Assembly (NCBI GenBank): GCA_964016885.1
Contig: OZ024741.1
Span: 405,914,001-405,978,000, forward strand
Direction of reading: 5' to 3'
Length of the DNA stretch: 64,000 bases
DNA from: Eledone cirrhosa
Lineage: Eukaryota
Part shown: in pieces, positions 39,001 to 54,000 of the stretch
Numbering within the stretch: the stretch's first letter is position 1
How the letters are laid out: each line of letters begins with the position of its first letter
Notes under the pieces: generated by a model
Told to the model about the DNA's origin: nothing
Database searches by the model: none
What the model saw: the letters and a program-made list of their open reading frames with translations, nothing else
Translations under genes and position numbers: made by a program

Positions 39001-42000
39001 TAACAACTGGGAAGACTGGAACAGGTAGATGATACTAACGACTGGGAAGACTGGAACAGGTAGATGATACTAACAACTGGGAAGACTGGAACAGGTAGAT
39101 GATACCAACAACTGGGAAGACTGGAACAGGTAAATGAAAATAACAACTGGGAAGACTGGAACAGGTAGATGATACTAAAAACTGGGAAGACTGGAACAGG
39201 TAAATGATACTAACAACTGGGAAGACCGGAACAGGTAAATGATACTAACAACTGGGAAGACTGGAACAGGTAAATGAAAATAACAACTGGGAAGACTGGA
39301 ACAGGTAGATGATACCAACAACCGGGAAGACTGGAACAGGTAGATGATACCAACAACTGGGAAGACTGGAACAGGTAGAAGATACTAACAACTGGGAAGA
39401 CTGGAACAGGTAGATGATACTAACAACTGGGAAGACTGCAACAGGTAGATGATACTAACAACTGGGAAGACTGGAACAGGTAGATGATACTAACAACTGG
39501 GAAGACTGGAACAGGTAGATGATACCAACAACTGGGAAGACTGGAACAGGTAGATGATACCAACAACTGTGAAGACTGGAACAGGTAGATGATACCAACA
39601 ACTGGGAAGACTGGAACAGGTAGATGATACTAACAACTGGGAAGACTGGAACAGGTAGATGATACCAACAACTGGGAAGACTGGAACAGGTAGATGATAC
39701 CAACAACTGGGAAGACTGGAACAGGTAGATGATACCAACAACTGGGAAGACTGGAACAGGTAGATGATACTAACAACTGGGAAGACTGGAACAGGTAGAT
39801 GATACCAACAACTGGGAAGACTGGAACAGGTAGATGATACTAACAACTGGGAAGACTGGAACAGGTAGATGATACTAACAACTGGGAAGACTGGAACAGG
39901 TAGATGATACCAACAACTGGGAAGACTGGAACAGGTAGATGATACCAACAACTGTGAAGACTGGAACAGGTAGATGATACCAACAACTGGGAAGACTGGA
40001 ACAGGTAGATGATACCAACAACTGGGAAGACTGGAACAGGTAGATGATACCAACAACTGTGAAGACTGGAACAGGTAGATGATACCAACAACTGGGAAGA
40101 CTGGAACAGGTAGATGATACTAACAACTGGGAAGACTGGAACAGGTAGATGATACCAACAACTGGGAAGACTGGAACAGGTAGATGATACCAACAACTGG
40201 GAAGACTGGAACAGGTAGATGATACCAACAACTGGGAAGACTGGAACAGGTAGATGATACTAACAACTGGGAAGACTGGAACAGGTAGATGATACCAACA
40301 AGTGGGAAGACTGGAACAGGTAGATGATACCAACAACTGGGAAGACTGGAACAGGTAGATGATACCAACAACTGGGAAGACTGGAACAGGTAGACGATAC
40401 CAAAAACTGGGAAGACTGGAACAGGTAGATGATACTAACAACTGGGAAGACTGGAACAGGCAGATGATACTAACAACTGGGAAGACTGGAACAGGTAGAA
40501 GATACTAACAACTGGGAAGACTGGAACAGGTAGATGATACCAACAACTGGGTAGACTGGAACAGGTAGATGATACTAACAACTGGGAAGTCTGAAACAGG
40601 TAGATGATATTAACAACAGGGAAGTCTGAAACAGGTAAATGATACTAACAACTGGGAAGACTGGAACAGGTAGATGATACTAACAACTGGGAAGACTGGA
40701 ACAGGTAGATGATACTAACAACTGGGAAGAGTGGAACAGGTAGATGATACTAACAACTGGGAAGACTGGAACAGGTAGATGATACTAACAACTGGGAAGA
40801 CTGGAACAGGTAGATGATACCAATAACTGGGAAGACTGGAACAGGTAGATGATACTAACAACTGGGAAGACTGGAACAGGTAGATGATACCAACAACTGG
40901 GTAGACTGGAACAGGTAGATGATACTAACAACTGGGAAGACTGGAACAGGTAGATGATACTAACAACTGGGAAGACTGGAACAGGTAGATGATACTAACA
41001 ACTGGGTAGACTGGAACAGGTAGATGATACTAACAACTGGGAAGACTGGAACAGGTAGATGATACCAACAACTGGGAAGACTGGAACAGGTAGATGATAC
41101 TAACAACTGGGAAGACTGGAACAGGTAAATGATACCAACAACTGGGAAGACTGGAACAGGTAGATGATACTAACAACTGGGAAGACTGGAACAGGTAGAT
41201 AATACCAACAACCGGGAAGACTGGAACAGGTAGATGATACCAACAACTGGGAAGACTGGAACAGGTAGAAGATACTAACAACTGGGAAGACTGGAACAGG
41301 TAGATGATACTAACAACTGGGAAGACTGTAACAGGTAAGTGATACTAACAACTGGGAAGACTGGAACAGGTAGATGATACTAACAACTGGGAAGACTGGA
41401 ACAGGTAGATGATACTAACAACTGGGAAGACTGGAACAGGTAAATGATACTAAAAACTGGGAAGACTGGAACAGGTAAATGATACTAACTACTGGGAAGA
41501 CCGGAACAGGTAAATGATACTAACAACTGGGAAGACTGGAACAGTTAAATGATACTAACAACTGGGAAGACTGGAACAGGTAGATGATACTAACAACTGG
41601 GAAGACTGGAACAGGTAGATGATACTAACAACTGGGAAGACTGGAACACGTAAATGATACTAACAACTGGGAAGACTGGAACAGGTAGATGATACCAACA
41701 ACTGGGAAGACTGGAACAGGTAGAAGATACTAACAACTGGGAAGACTGGAACAGGTAAATGATACCAACAACTGGGAAGACTGGAACAGGTAGATGATAC
41801 TAACAACTGGGAAGACTGGAACCGGTAGATGATACCAATAACTGGGAAGACTGGAACAGGTAGATGATACTAACAACTGGGAAGACTGGAACAGGTAGAT
41901 GATACTAACAACTGGGAAGACTGGAACAGGTAGATGATACTAACAACTGGGTAGACTGGAACAGGTAGATGATACTAACAACTGGGAAGACTGGAACAGA

Positions 42001-45000
42001 TAGATGATACTAACAACTGGGAAGACTGGAACAGGTAGATGATACCAACCACTGGGAAGACTGGAACAGGTAGATGTTACTAACAACTGGGAAGACTGGA
42101 ACAGATAGATGATACTAACAACTGGGAAGACTGGAACAGGTAGATGATACTAACAACTGGGAAGACTGGAACAGGTAGATGATACCAACAACTGGGAAGA
42201 CTGGAACAGGTAGATGATACTAACAACTGGGAAGACTGGAACAGGTAGATGATACCAACAACTGGGAAGACTGGAACAGGTAGATGATACCAACAACTGG
42301 GAAGACTGGAACAGGTAGATGATACCAACAACTGGGAAGACTGGAACAGGTAGATGATACTAACAACTGGGAAGACTGGAACAGGTAGATGATACCAACA
42401 ACTGGGAAGACTGGAACAGGTAGATGATACTAACAACTGGGAAGACTGGAACAGGTAGATGATACTAACAACTGGGAAGACTGGAACAGGTAGATGATAC
42501 CAACAACTGGGAAGACTGGAACAGGTAGATGATACCAACAACTGTGAAGACTGGAACAGGTAGATGATACCAACAACTGGGAAGACTGGAACAGGTAGAT
42601 GATACCAACAACTGGGAAGACTGGAACAGGTAGATGATACCAACAACTGTGAAGACTGGAACAGGTAGATGATACCAACAACTGGGAAGACTGGAACAGG
42701 TAGATGATACTAACAACTGGGAAGACTGGAACAGGTAGATGATACCAACAACTGGGAAGACTGGAACAGGTAGATGATACCAACAACTGGGAAGACTGGA
42801 ACAGGTAGATGATACCAACAACTGGGAAGACTGGAACAGGTAGATGATACTAACAACTGGGAAGACTGGAACAGGTAGATGATACCAACAACTGGGAAGA
42901 CTGGAACAGGTAGATGATACCAACAACTGGGAAGACTGGAACAGGTAGATGATACCAACAACTGGGAAGACTGGAACAGGTAGACGATACCAAAAACTGG
43001 GAAGACTGGAACAGGTAGATGATACTAACAACTGGGAAGACTGGAACAGGCAGATGATACTAACAACTGGGAAGACTGGAACAGGTAGAAGATACTAACA
43101 ACTGGGAAGACTGGAACAGGTAGATGATACCAACAACTGGGTAGACTGGAACAGGTAGATGATACTAACAACTGGGAAGTCTGAAACAGGTAGATGATAT
43201 TAACAACAGGGAAGTCTGAAACAGGTAAATGATACTAACAACTGGGAAGACTGGAACAGGTAGATGATACTAACAACTGGGAAGACTGGAACAGGTAGAT
43301 GATACTAACAACTGGGAAGACTGGAACAGGTAGATGATACTAACAACTGGGAAGACTGGAACAGGTAGATGATACTAACAACTGGGAAGACTGGAACAGG
43401 TAGATGATACCAATAACTGGGAAGACTGGAACAGGTAGATGATACTAACAACTGGGAAGACTGGAACAGGTAGATGATACCAACAACTAGGAAGACTGGA
43501 ACAGGTAGATAATACCAACAACCGGGAAGACTGGAACAGGTAGATGATACCAACAACTAGGAAGACTGGAACAGGTAGAAGATACTAACAACTGGGAAGA
43601 CTGGAACAGGTAGATGATACTAACAACTGGGAAGACTGTAACAGGTAAGTGATACTAACAACTGGGAAGACTGGAACAGGTAGATGATACTAACAACTGG
43701 GAAGACTGGAACAGGTAGATGATACTAACAACTGGGAAGACAGGAACAGGTAAATGATACTAAAAACTGGGAAGACTGGAACAGGTAAATGATACTAACT
43801 ACTGGGAAGACCGGAACAGGTAAATGATACTAACAACTGGGAAGACTGGAACAGTTAAATGATACTAACAACTGGGAAGACTGGAACAGGTAGATGATAC
43901 TAACAACTGGGAAGACTGGAACAGGTAGATGATACTAACAACTGGGAAGACTGGAACACGTAAATGATACTAACAACTGGGAAGACTGGAACAGGTAGAT
44001 GATACCAACAACTGGGAAGACTGGAACAGGTAGAAGATACTAACAACTGGGAAGACTGGAACAGGTAAATGATACCAACAACTGGGAAGACTGGAACAGG
44101 TAGATGATACTAACAACTGGGAAGATTGGAACCGGTAGATGATACCAATAACTGGGAAGACTGGAACAGGTAGATGATACTAACAACTGGGAAGACTGGA
44201 ACAGGTAGATGATACTAACAACTGGGAAGACTGGAACAGGTAGATGATACTAACAACTGGGTAGACTGGAACAGGTAGATGATACTAACAACTGGGAAGA
44301 CTGGAACAGATAGATGATACTAACAACTGGGAAGACTGGAACAGGTAGATGATACCAACCACTGGGAAGACTGGAACAGGTAGATGTTACTAACAACTGG
44401 GAAGACTGGAACAGATAGATGATACTAACAACTGGGAAGACTGGAACAGGTAGATGATACTAACAACTGGGAAGACTGGAACAGGTAGATGATACTAACA
44501 ACGGGGAAGACTGGAACATGTAGATGATACCAACAACTGGGAAGACTGGAACAGGTAGATGATACCAAAAACTGGGAAGACAGGAACAGGTAGAAGATAC
44601 TAACAACTGGGAAGACTGGAATAGGTAAATGATACTAACAACTGGGAAGACTGTAACAGGTAAAGGATACTAACAACTGGGAAGACTGGAACAGGTAGAT
44701 GATACTAACAACCGGGAAGACTGGAACAGGTAGATGATACTAACGACTGGGAAGACTGGAACAGGTAGATGATACTAACAACTGGGAAGACTGGAACAGG
44801 TAGATGATACCAACAACTGGGAAGACTGGAACAGGTAAATGAAAATAACAACTGGGAAGACTGGAACAGGTAGATGATACTAAAAACTGGGAAGACTGGA
44901 ACAGGTAAATGATACTAACAACTGGGAAGACCGGAACAGGTAAATGATACTAACAACTGGGAAGACTGGAACAGGTAAATGAAAATAACAACTGGGAAGA

Positions 45001-48000
45001 CTGGAACAGGTAGATGATACTAACAACTGGGAAGACTGGAACAGGTAGATGATACTAACAACTGGGAAGACTGGAACAGGTAAATGATACTAACAACTGG
45101 GAAGACTGGAACAGGTAGAAGATACCAACAACTGGGAAGACTGGAACAGGTAGATGATACTAACAACTGGGAAGACTGGAACAGGTAGATGATACCAACA
45201 ACTGGGAAGACTGGAACAGGTAGATGATACTAAAAACTGGGAAGACTGGAACAGGTAAATGATACCAACAACTGGGAAGACTGGAACAGGTAGATGATAC
45301 CAACCACTGGGAAGACTGGAACAGGTAGATGATACCAACCACTGGGAAGACTGGAACAGGTAGATGATACTAACAACTGGGAAGACTGGAACAGGTAGAT
45401 GATACAAATAACTGGGAAGACTGGAACAGGTAGATGATACTAACAACTGGGAAGACTGGAACGGGTAGAAGATACCAACCACTGGGAAGACTGGAACAGG
45501 TAGATGATACTAACAACTGGGAAGACTGGAACAGATAGATGATACTAACAACTGGGAAGACTGGAACAGGTAGATGATACTAACAACTGGGAAGACTGGA
45601 ACAGGTAGATGATACTAACAACTGGGAAGACTGGAACAGGTAGATGATACTAACAACTGGGAAGACTGGAACAGGTAGATGATACCAACAACTGGGAAGA
45701 CTGGAACAGGTAGATGATACTAACAACTGGGAAGACTGGAACAGGTAAATGATACCAACAACTGGGAAGACTGGAACAGGTAAATGATACTAACAACTAG
45801 GAAGACTGGAACAGGTAAATGATACTAAAAACTGGGAAGACTGGAACAGGTAAATGATACTAACAACTGGGAAGACTGGAACAGGTAAATGATACTAACA
45901 ACTGGGAAGACTGGAACAGGTAAATGATACTAACAACTGGGAAGACTGGAACAGGTAGATGATACTAACAACTGGGAAGACTGGAACAGGTAGATGATAC
46001 CAACAACTGGGAAGACTGGAACAGGTAGATGATACTAACAACTGGGAAGACTGGAACAGGTAAATGATACCAACAACTGGGAAGACTGGAACAGGTAAAT
46101 GATACTAACAACTAGGAAGACTGGAACAGGTAGATGATACTAACAACTGGGAAGACTGGAACAGGTAGATGATACTAACAACTGGGAAGACTGGAACAGG
46201 TAGATGATACTAACAACTGGGAAGACTGGAACAGGTAGATGATACTAACAACTGGGAAGACTGGAACAGGTAGATGATACTAACAACTGGGAAGACTGGA
46301 ACAGGTAGATGATACTAACAACTGGGAAGACTGGAACAGGTAGATGATACCAACAACTGGGAAGACTGGAACAGGTAGATGATACTAACAACTGGGAAGA
46401 CTGGAACAGGTAGATGATACTAACAACTGGGAAGACTGGAACAGGTAGGTGATACTAACAACTGGGAAGACTGGAACAGGTAGATGATACCAACAACTGG
46501 GAAGACTGGAACAGGTAGATGATACTAACAACTGGGAAGACTGGAACAGGTAAATGATACCAACAACTGGGAAGACTGGAACAGGTAGATGATACCAACC
46601 ACTGGGAAGACTGGAACAGGTAGATGATACCAACCACTGGGAAGACTGGAACAGGTAGATGATACTAACAACTGGGAAGACTGGAACAGGTAGATGATAC
46701 AAATAACTGGGAAGACTGGAACAGGTAGATGATACTAACAACTGGGAAGACTGGAACGGGTAGAAGATACCAACCACTGGGAAGACTGGAACAGGTAGAT
46801 GATACTAACAACTGGGAAGACTGGAACAGATAGATGATACTAACAACTGGGAAGACTGGAACAGGTAGATGATACTAACAACTGGGAAGACTGGAACAGG
46901 TAGATGATACTAACAACTGGGAAGACTGGAACAGGTAGATGATACTAACAACTGGGAAGACTGGAACAGGTAGATGATACCAACAACTGGGAAGACTGGA
47001 ACAGGTAGATGATACTAACAACTGGGAAGACTGGAACAGGTAAATGATACCAACAACTGGGAAGACTGGAACAGGTAAATGATACTAACAACTAGGAAGA
47101 CTGGAACAGGTAAATGATACTAAAATCTGGGAAGACTGGAACAGGTAAATGATACTAACAACTGGGAAGACTGGAACAGGTAAATGATACTAACAACTGG
47201 GAAGACTGGAACAGGTAAATGATACTAACAACTGGGAAGACTGGAACAGGTAGATGATACTAACAACTGGGAAGACTGGAACAGGTAGATGATACCAACA
47301 ACTGGGAAGACTGGAACAGGTAGATGATACTAACAACTGGGAAGACTGGAACAGGTAAATGATACCAACAACTGGGAAGACTGGAACAGGTAAATGATAC
47401 TAACAACTAGGAAGACTGGAACAGGTAGATGATACTAACAACTGGGAAGACTGGAACAGGTAGATGATACTAACAACTGGGAAGACTGGAACAGGTAGAT
47501 GATACTAACAACTGGGAAGACTGGAACAGGTAGATGATACTAACAACTGGGAAGACTGGAACAGGTAGATGATACTAACAACTGGGTAGACTGGAACAGG
47601 TAGATGATACCAAACACTGGGAAGACTGGAACAGGTAGATGATACTAACAACTGGGAAGACTGGAACAGGTAGAAGATACTAACAACTGGGAAGACTGGA
47701 ACAGGTAGATGATACCAACCACTGGGAAGACTGGAACAGGTAGATGATACTAACTACTGGGAAGACTGGAACAGGTAGAAGATACTAACAACTGGGAAGA
47801 CTGGAACAGGTAGAAGATACTAACCACTGGGAAGACTGGAACAGGCAGATGATACCAACAACTGGGAAGACTGGAACAGGCAGATAATACTAACAACTGG
47901 GAAGCCTGGAACAGGTAGATGATACTAACAACTGGGAAGACTGGAACAGGTAGATCATACTAACAACAAGGAAGACTGGAACAGGTAGATGATACTAACA

Positions 48001-51000
48001 ACTGGGAAGACTGAAACAGGTGGATGATACTAACAACTAGGAAGACTGGAACAGGTAGATGATACTAACTACTGGGAAGACTAGAACAGATAGATGATAC
48101 CAACCACTGGGAAGACTGGAACAGGTAGAAGATACTAACAACTGGGAAAACTGGAACAGGTAGATGATACCAACAACTGGGAAGACTGGAACAGGTAGAC
48201 GATACCAAAAACTGGGAAGACTGGAACAGGTAGATGATACTAACAACTGGGAAGACTGGAACAGGCAGATGATACTAACAACTGGGAAGACTGGAACAGG
48301 TAGAAGATACTAACAACTGGGAAGACTGGAACAGGTAGATGATACCAACAACTGGGTAGACTGGAACAGGTAGATGATACTAACAACTGGGAAGTCTGAA
48401 ACAGGTAGATGATATTAACAACAGGGAAGTCTGAAACAGGTAAATGATACTAACAACTGGGAAGACTGGAACAGGTAGATGATACTAACAACTGGGAAGA
48501 CTGGAACAGGTAGATGATACTAACAACTGGGAAGACTGGAACAGGTAGATGATACTAACAACTGGGAAGACTGGAACAGGTAGATGATACTAACAACTGG
48601 GAAGACTGGAACAGGTAGATGATACCAATAACTGGGAAGACTGGAACAGGTAGATGATACTAACAACTGGGAAGACTGGAACAGGTAGATAATACCAACA
48701 ACCGGGAAGACTGGAACAGGTAGATGATACCAACAACTAGGAAGACTGGAACAGGTAGAAGATACTAACAACTGGGAAGACTGGAACAGGTAGATGATAC
48801 TAACAACTGGGAAGACTGTAACAGGTAAGTGATACTAACAATTGGGAAGACTGGAACAGGTAGATGATACTAACAACTGGGAAGACTAGAACAGATAGAT
48901 GATACCAACCACTGGGAAGACTGGAACAGGTAGAAGATACTAACAACTGGGAAAACTGGAACAGGTAGATGATACTAACAACTAGGAAGACTGGAACAGG
49001 TAGATGATACTAACAACTGGGAAGACTGGAACAGGTAGATGATACTAACAACTAGGAAGACTGTAACAGGTAGATGATACTAAAAACTGGGAAGACTGAA
49101 AAAGGTAGATGATACTAACAACTGGGAGGACTGAAACAGGTAGATGATACTAACAACTGGGAAGACTGGAACAGGTAGATGATACTAACAACTGGGAAGA
49201 CTGGAACATGCAGATGATACCAACAACTGGGAAGACTGGAACAGTTAGATGATACTAACAACTGGGCAGACTGGAACGGGTAGATGATACTAACAACTGG
49301 GAAGACTGGAACAGGTAGATGATACTAATAACTGGGAAGACTGGAACAGGTAGATGATACTAACAACTGGAAAGACTGGAACAGGTAGAAGATACTAACA
49401 ACTGGGAAGACTGGAACAGTTAGATGATACTAACAACTGGGCAGACTGGAACGGGTAGATGATACTAACAACTGGGAAGACTGGAACAGGTAGATGATAC
49501 CAACAACTGGGAAGACTGGAACAGGTAGATGATACTAACTACTGGGAAGACTGGAACAGGTAGATGATACTAACAACTGGAAAGACTGGAACAGGTAGAA
49601 GATACTAACAACTGGGAAGACTGGAACAGGTAGATGATACTAACAACTGGGCAGACTCGAACAGATAGATGATACTAACTACTGGGAAGACTGGAACAGG
49701 TAGATGATACTAACAACTGGGAAGACTGGAACAGGTAGATGATACTAACAACTGGGAAGACTGGAACAGGTTGAAGATACTAACAACTGGGAAGACTGGA
49801 ACAGGTAGATGATACTAACAACTGGGAAGACTGGAACAGGTAGAAGATACTAACAACTGGGAAGACTGGAACATGTAGAAGATACTAACAACTGGGAAGA
49901 CTGGAACAGATAGATGATACTAACAACTGGGAAGACTGGAACAGGTAGATGATACTAACAACTGGGAAGACTGGAACAGGTAGATGATACCAATAACTGG
50001 GAAGACTGGAACAGGTAGATGATACTAACAACTGGGAAGACTGGAACAGGTAGATGATACTAACAACTGGGAAGACTGGAACAGGTAGATGATACTAACA
50101 ACTGGGTAGACTGGAACAGGTAGATGATACTAACAACTGGGAAGACTGGAACAGATAGATGATACTAACAACTGGGAAGACTGGAACAGGTAGATGATAC
50201 CAACCACTGGGAAGACTGGAACAGGTAGATGTTACTAACAACTGGGAAGACTGGAACAGATAGATGATACTAACAACTGGGAAGACTGGAACAGGTAGAT
50301 GATACTAACAACTGGGAAGACTGGAACAGGTAGATGATACTAACAACGGGGAAGACTGGAACAGGTAGATGATACCAACAACTGGGAAGACTGGAACAGG
50401 TAGATGATACCAACAACTGGGAAGACAGGAACAGGTAGAAGATACTAACAACTGGGAAGACTGGAATAGGTAAATGATACTAACAACTGGGAAGACTGTA
50501 ACAGGTAAAGGATACTAACAACTGGGAAGACTGGAACAGGTAGATGATACTAACAACTGGGAAGACTGGAACAGGTAGATGATACTAACGACTGGGAAGA
50601 CTGGAACAGGTAGATGATACTAACAATTGGGAAGACTGGAACAGGTAGATGATACCAACAACTGGGAAGACTGGAACAGGTAAATGAAAATAACAACTGG
50701 GAAGACTGGAACAGGTAGATGATACTAAAAACTGGGAAGACTGGAACAGGTAAATGATACTAACAACTGGGAAGACCGGAACAGGTAAATGATACTAACA
50801 ACTGGGAAGACTGGAACAGGTAAATGAAAATAACAACTGGGAAGACTGGAACAGGTAGATGATACCAACAACCGGGAAGACTGGAACAGGTAGATGATAC
50901 CAACAACTGGGAAGACTGGAACAGGTAGAAGATACTAACAACTGGGAAGACTGGAACAGGTAGATGATACTAACAACTGGGAAGACTGCAACAGGTAGAT

Positions 51001-54000
51001 GATACTAACAACTGGGAAGACTGGAACAGGTAGATGATACTAACAACTGGGAAGACTGGAACAGGTAGATGATACCAACAACTGGGAAGACTGGAACAGG
51101 TAGATGATACCAACAACTGTGAAGACTGGAACAGGTAGATGATACCAACAACTGGGAAGACTGGAACAGGTAGATGATACTAACAACTGGGAAGACTGGA
51201 ACAGGTAGATGATACCAACAACTGGGAAGACTGGAACAGGTAGATGATACCAACAACTGGGAAGACTGGAACAGGTAGATGATACCAACAACTGGGAAGA
51301 CTGGAACAGGTAGATGATACTAACAACTGGGAAGACTGGAACAGGTAGATGATACCAACAACTGGGAAGACTGGAACAGGTAGATGATACTAACAACTGG
51401 GAAGACTGGAACAGGTAGATGATACTAACAACTGGGAAGACTGGAACAGGTAGATGATACCAACAACTGGGAAGACTGGAACAGGTAGATGATACCAACA
51501 ACTGTGAAGACTGGAACAGGTAGATGATACCAACAACTGGGAAGACTGGAACAGGTAGATGATACCAACAACTGGGAAGACTGGAACAGGTAGATGATAC
51601 CAACAACTGTGAAGACTGGAACAGGTAGATGATACCAACAACTGGGAAGACTGGAACAGGTAGATGATACTAACAACTGGGAAGACTGGAACAGGTAGAT
51701 GATACCAACAACTGGGAAGACTGGAACAGGTAGATGATACCAACAACTGGGAAGACTGGAACAGGTAGATGATACCAACAACTGGGAAGACTGGAACAGG
51801 TAGATGATACTAACAACTGGGAAGACTGGAACAGGTAGATGATACCAACAAGTGGGAAGACTGGAACAGGTAGATGATACCAACAACTGGGAAGACTGGA
51901 ACAGGTAGATGATACCAACAACTGGGAAGACTGGAACAGGTAGACGATACCAAAAACTGGGAAGACTGGAACAGGTAGATGATACTAACAACTGGGAAGA
52001 CTGGAACAGGCAGATGATACTAACAACTGGGAAGACTGGAACAGGTAGAAGATACTAACAACTGGGAAGACTGGAACAGGTAGATGATACCAACAACTGG
52101 GTAGACTGGAACAGGTAGATGATACTAACAACTGGGAAGTCTGAAACAGGTAGATGATATTAACAACAGGGAAGTCTGAAACAGGTAAATGATACTAACA
52201 ACTGGGAAGACTGGAACAGGTAGATGATACTAACAACTGGGAAGACTGGAACAGGTAGATGATACTAACAACTGGGAAGAGTGGAACAGGTAGATGATAC
52301 TAACAACTGGGAAGACTGGAACAGGTAGATGATACTAACAACTGGGAAGACTGGAACAGGTAGATGATACCAATAACTGGGAAGACTGGAACAGGTAGAT
52401 GATACTAACAACTGGGAAGACTGGAACAGGTAGATGATACCAACAACTGGGTAGACTGGAACAGGTAGATGATACTAACAACTGGGAAGACTGGAACAGG
52501 TAGATGATACTAACAACTGGGAAGACTGGAACAGGTAGATGATACTAACAACTGGGTAGACTGGAACAGGTAGATGATACTAACAACTGGGAAGACTGGA
52601 ACAGGTAGATGATACCAACAACTGGGAAGACTGGAACAGGTAGATGATACTAACAACTGGGAAGACTGGAACAGGTAAATGATACCAACAACTGGGAAGA
52701 CTGGAACAGGTAGATGATACTAACAACTGGGAAGACTGGAACAGGTAGATAATACCAACAACCGGGAAGACTGGAACAGGTAGATGATACCAACAACTGG
52801 GAAGACTGGAACAGGTAGAAGATACTAACAACTGGGAAGACTGGAACAGGTAGATGATACTAACAACTGGGAAGACTGTAACAGGTAAGTGATACTAACA
52901 ACTGGGAAGACTGGAACAGGTAGATGATACTAACAACTGGGAAGACTGGAACAGGTAGATGATACTAACAACTGGGAAGACTGGAACAGGTAAATGATAC
53001 TAAAAACTGGGAAGACTGGAACAGGTAAATGATACTAACTACTGGGAAGACCGGAACAGGTAAATGATACTAACAACTGGGAAGACTGGAACAGTTAAAT
53101 GATACTAACAACTGGGAAGACTGGAACAGGTAGATGATACTAACAACTGGGAAGACTGGAACAGGTAGATGATACTAACAACTGGGAAGACTGGAACACG
53201 TAAATGATACTAAAAACTGGGAAGACTGGAACAGGTAGATGATACCAACAACTGGGAAGACTGGAACAGGTAGAAGATACTAACAACTGGGAAGACTGGA
53301 ACAGGTAAATGATACCAACAACTGGGAAGACTGGAACAGGTAGATGATACTAACAACTGGGAAGACTGGAACCGGTAGATGATACCAATAACTGGGAAGA
53401 CTGGAACAGGTAGATGATACTAACAACTGGGAAGACTGGAACAGGTAGATGATACTAACAACTGGGAAGACTGGAACAGGTAGATGATACTAACAACTGG
53501 GTAGACTGGAACAGGTAGATGATACTAACAACTGGGAAGACTGGAACAGATAGATGATACTAACAACTGGGAAGACTGGAACAGGTAGATGATACCAACC
53601 ACTGGGAAGACTGGAACAGGTAGATGTTACTAACAACTGGGAAGACTGGAACAGATAGATGATACTAACAACTGGGAAGACTGGAACAGGTAGATGATAC
53701 TAACAACTGGGAAGACTGGAACAGGTAGATGATACTAACAACGGGAAAGACTGGAACAGGTAGATGATACCAACAACTGGGAAGACTGGAACAGGTAGAT
53801 GATACCAACAACTGGGAAGACAGGAACAGGTAGAAGATACTAACAACTGGGAAGACTGGAATAGGTAAATGATACTAACAACTGGGAAGACTGTAACAGG
53901 TAAAGGATACTAACAACTGGGAAGACTGGAACAGGTAGATGATACTAACAACTGGGAAGACTGGAACAGGTAGATGATACTAACGACTGGGAAGACTGGA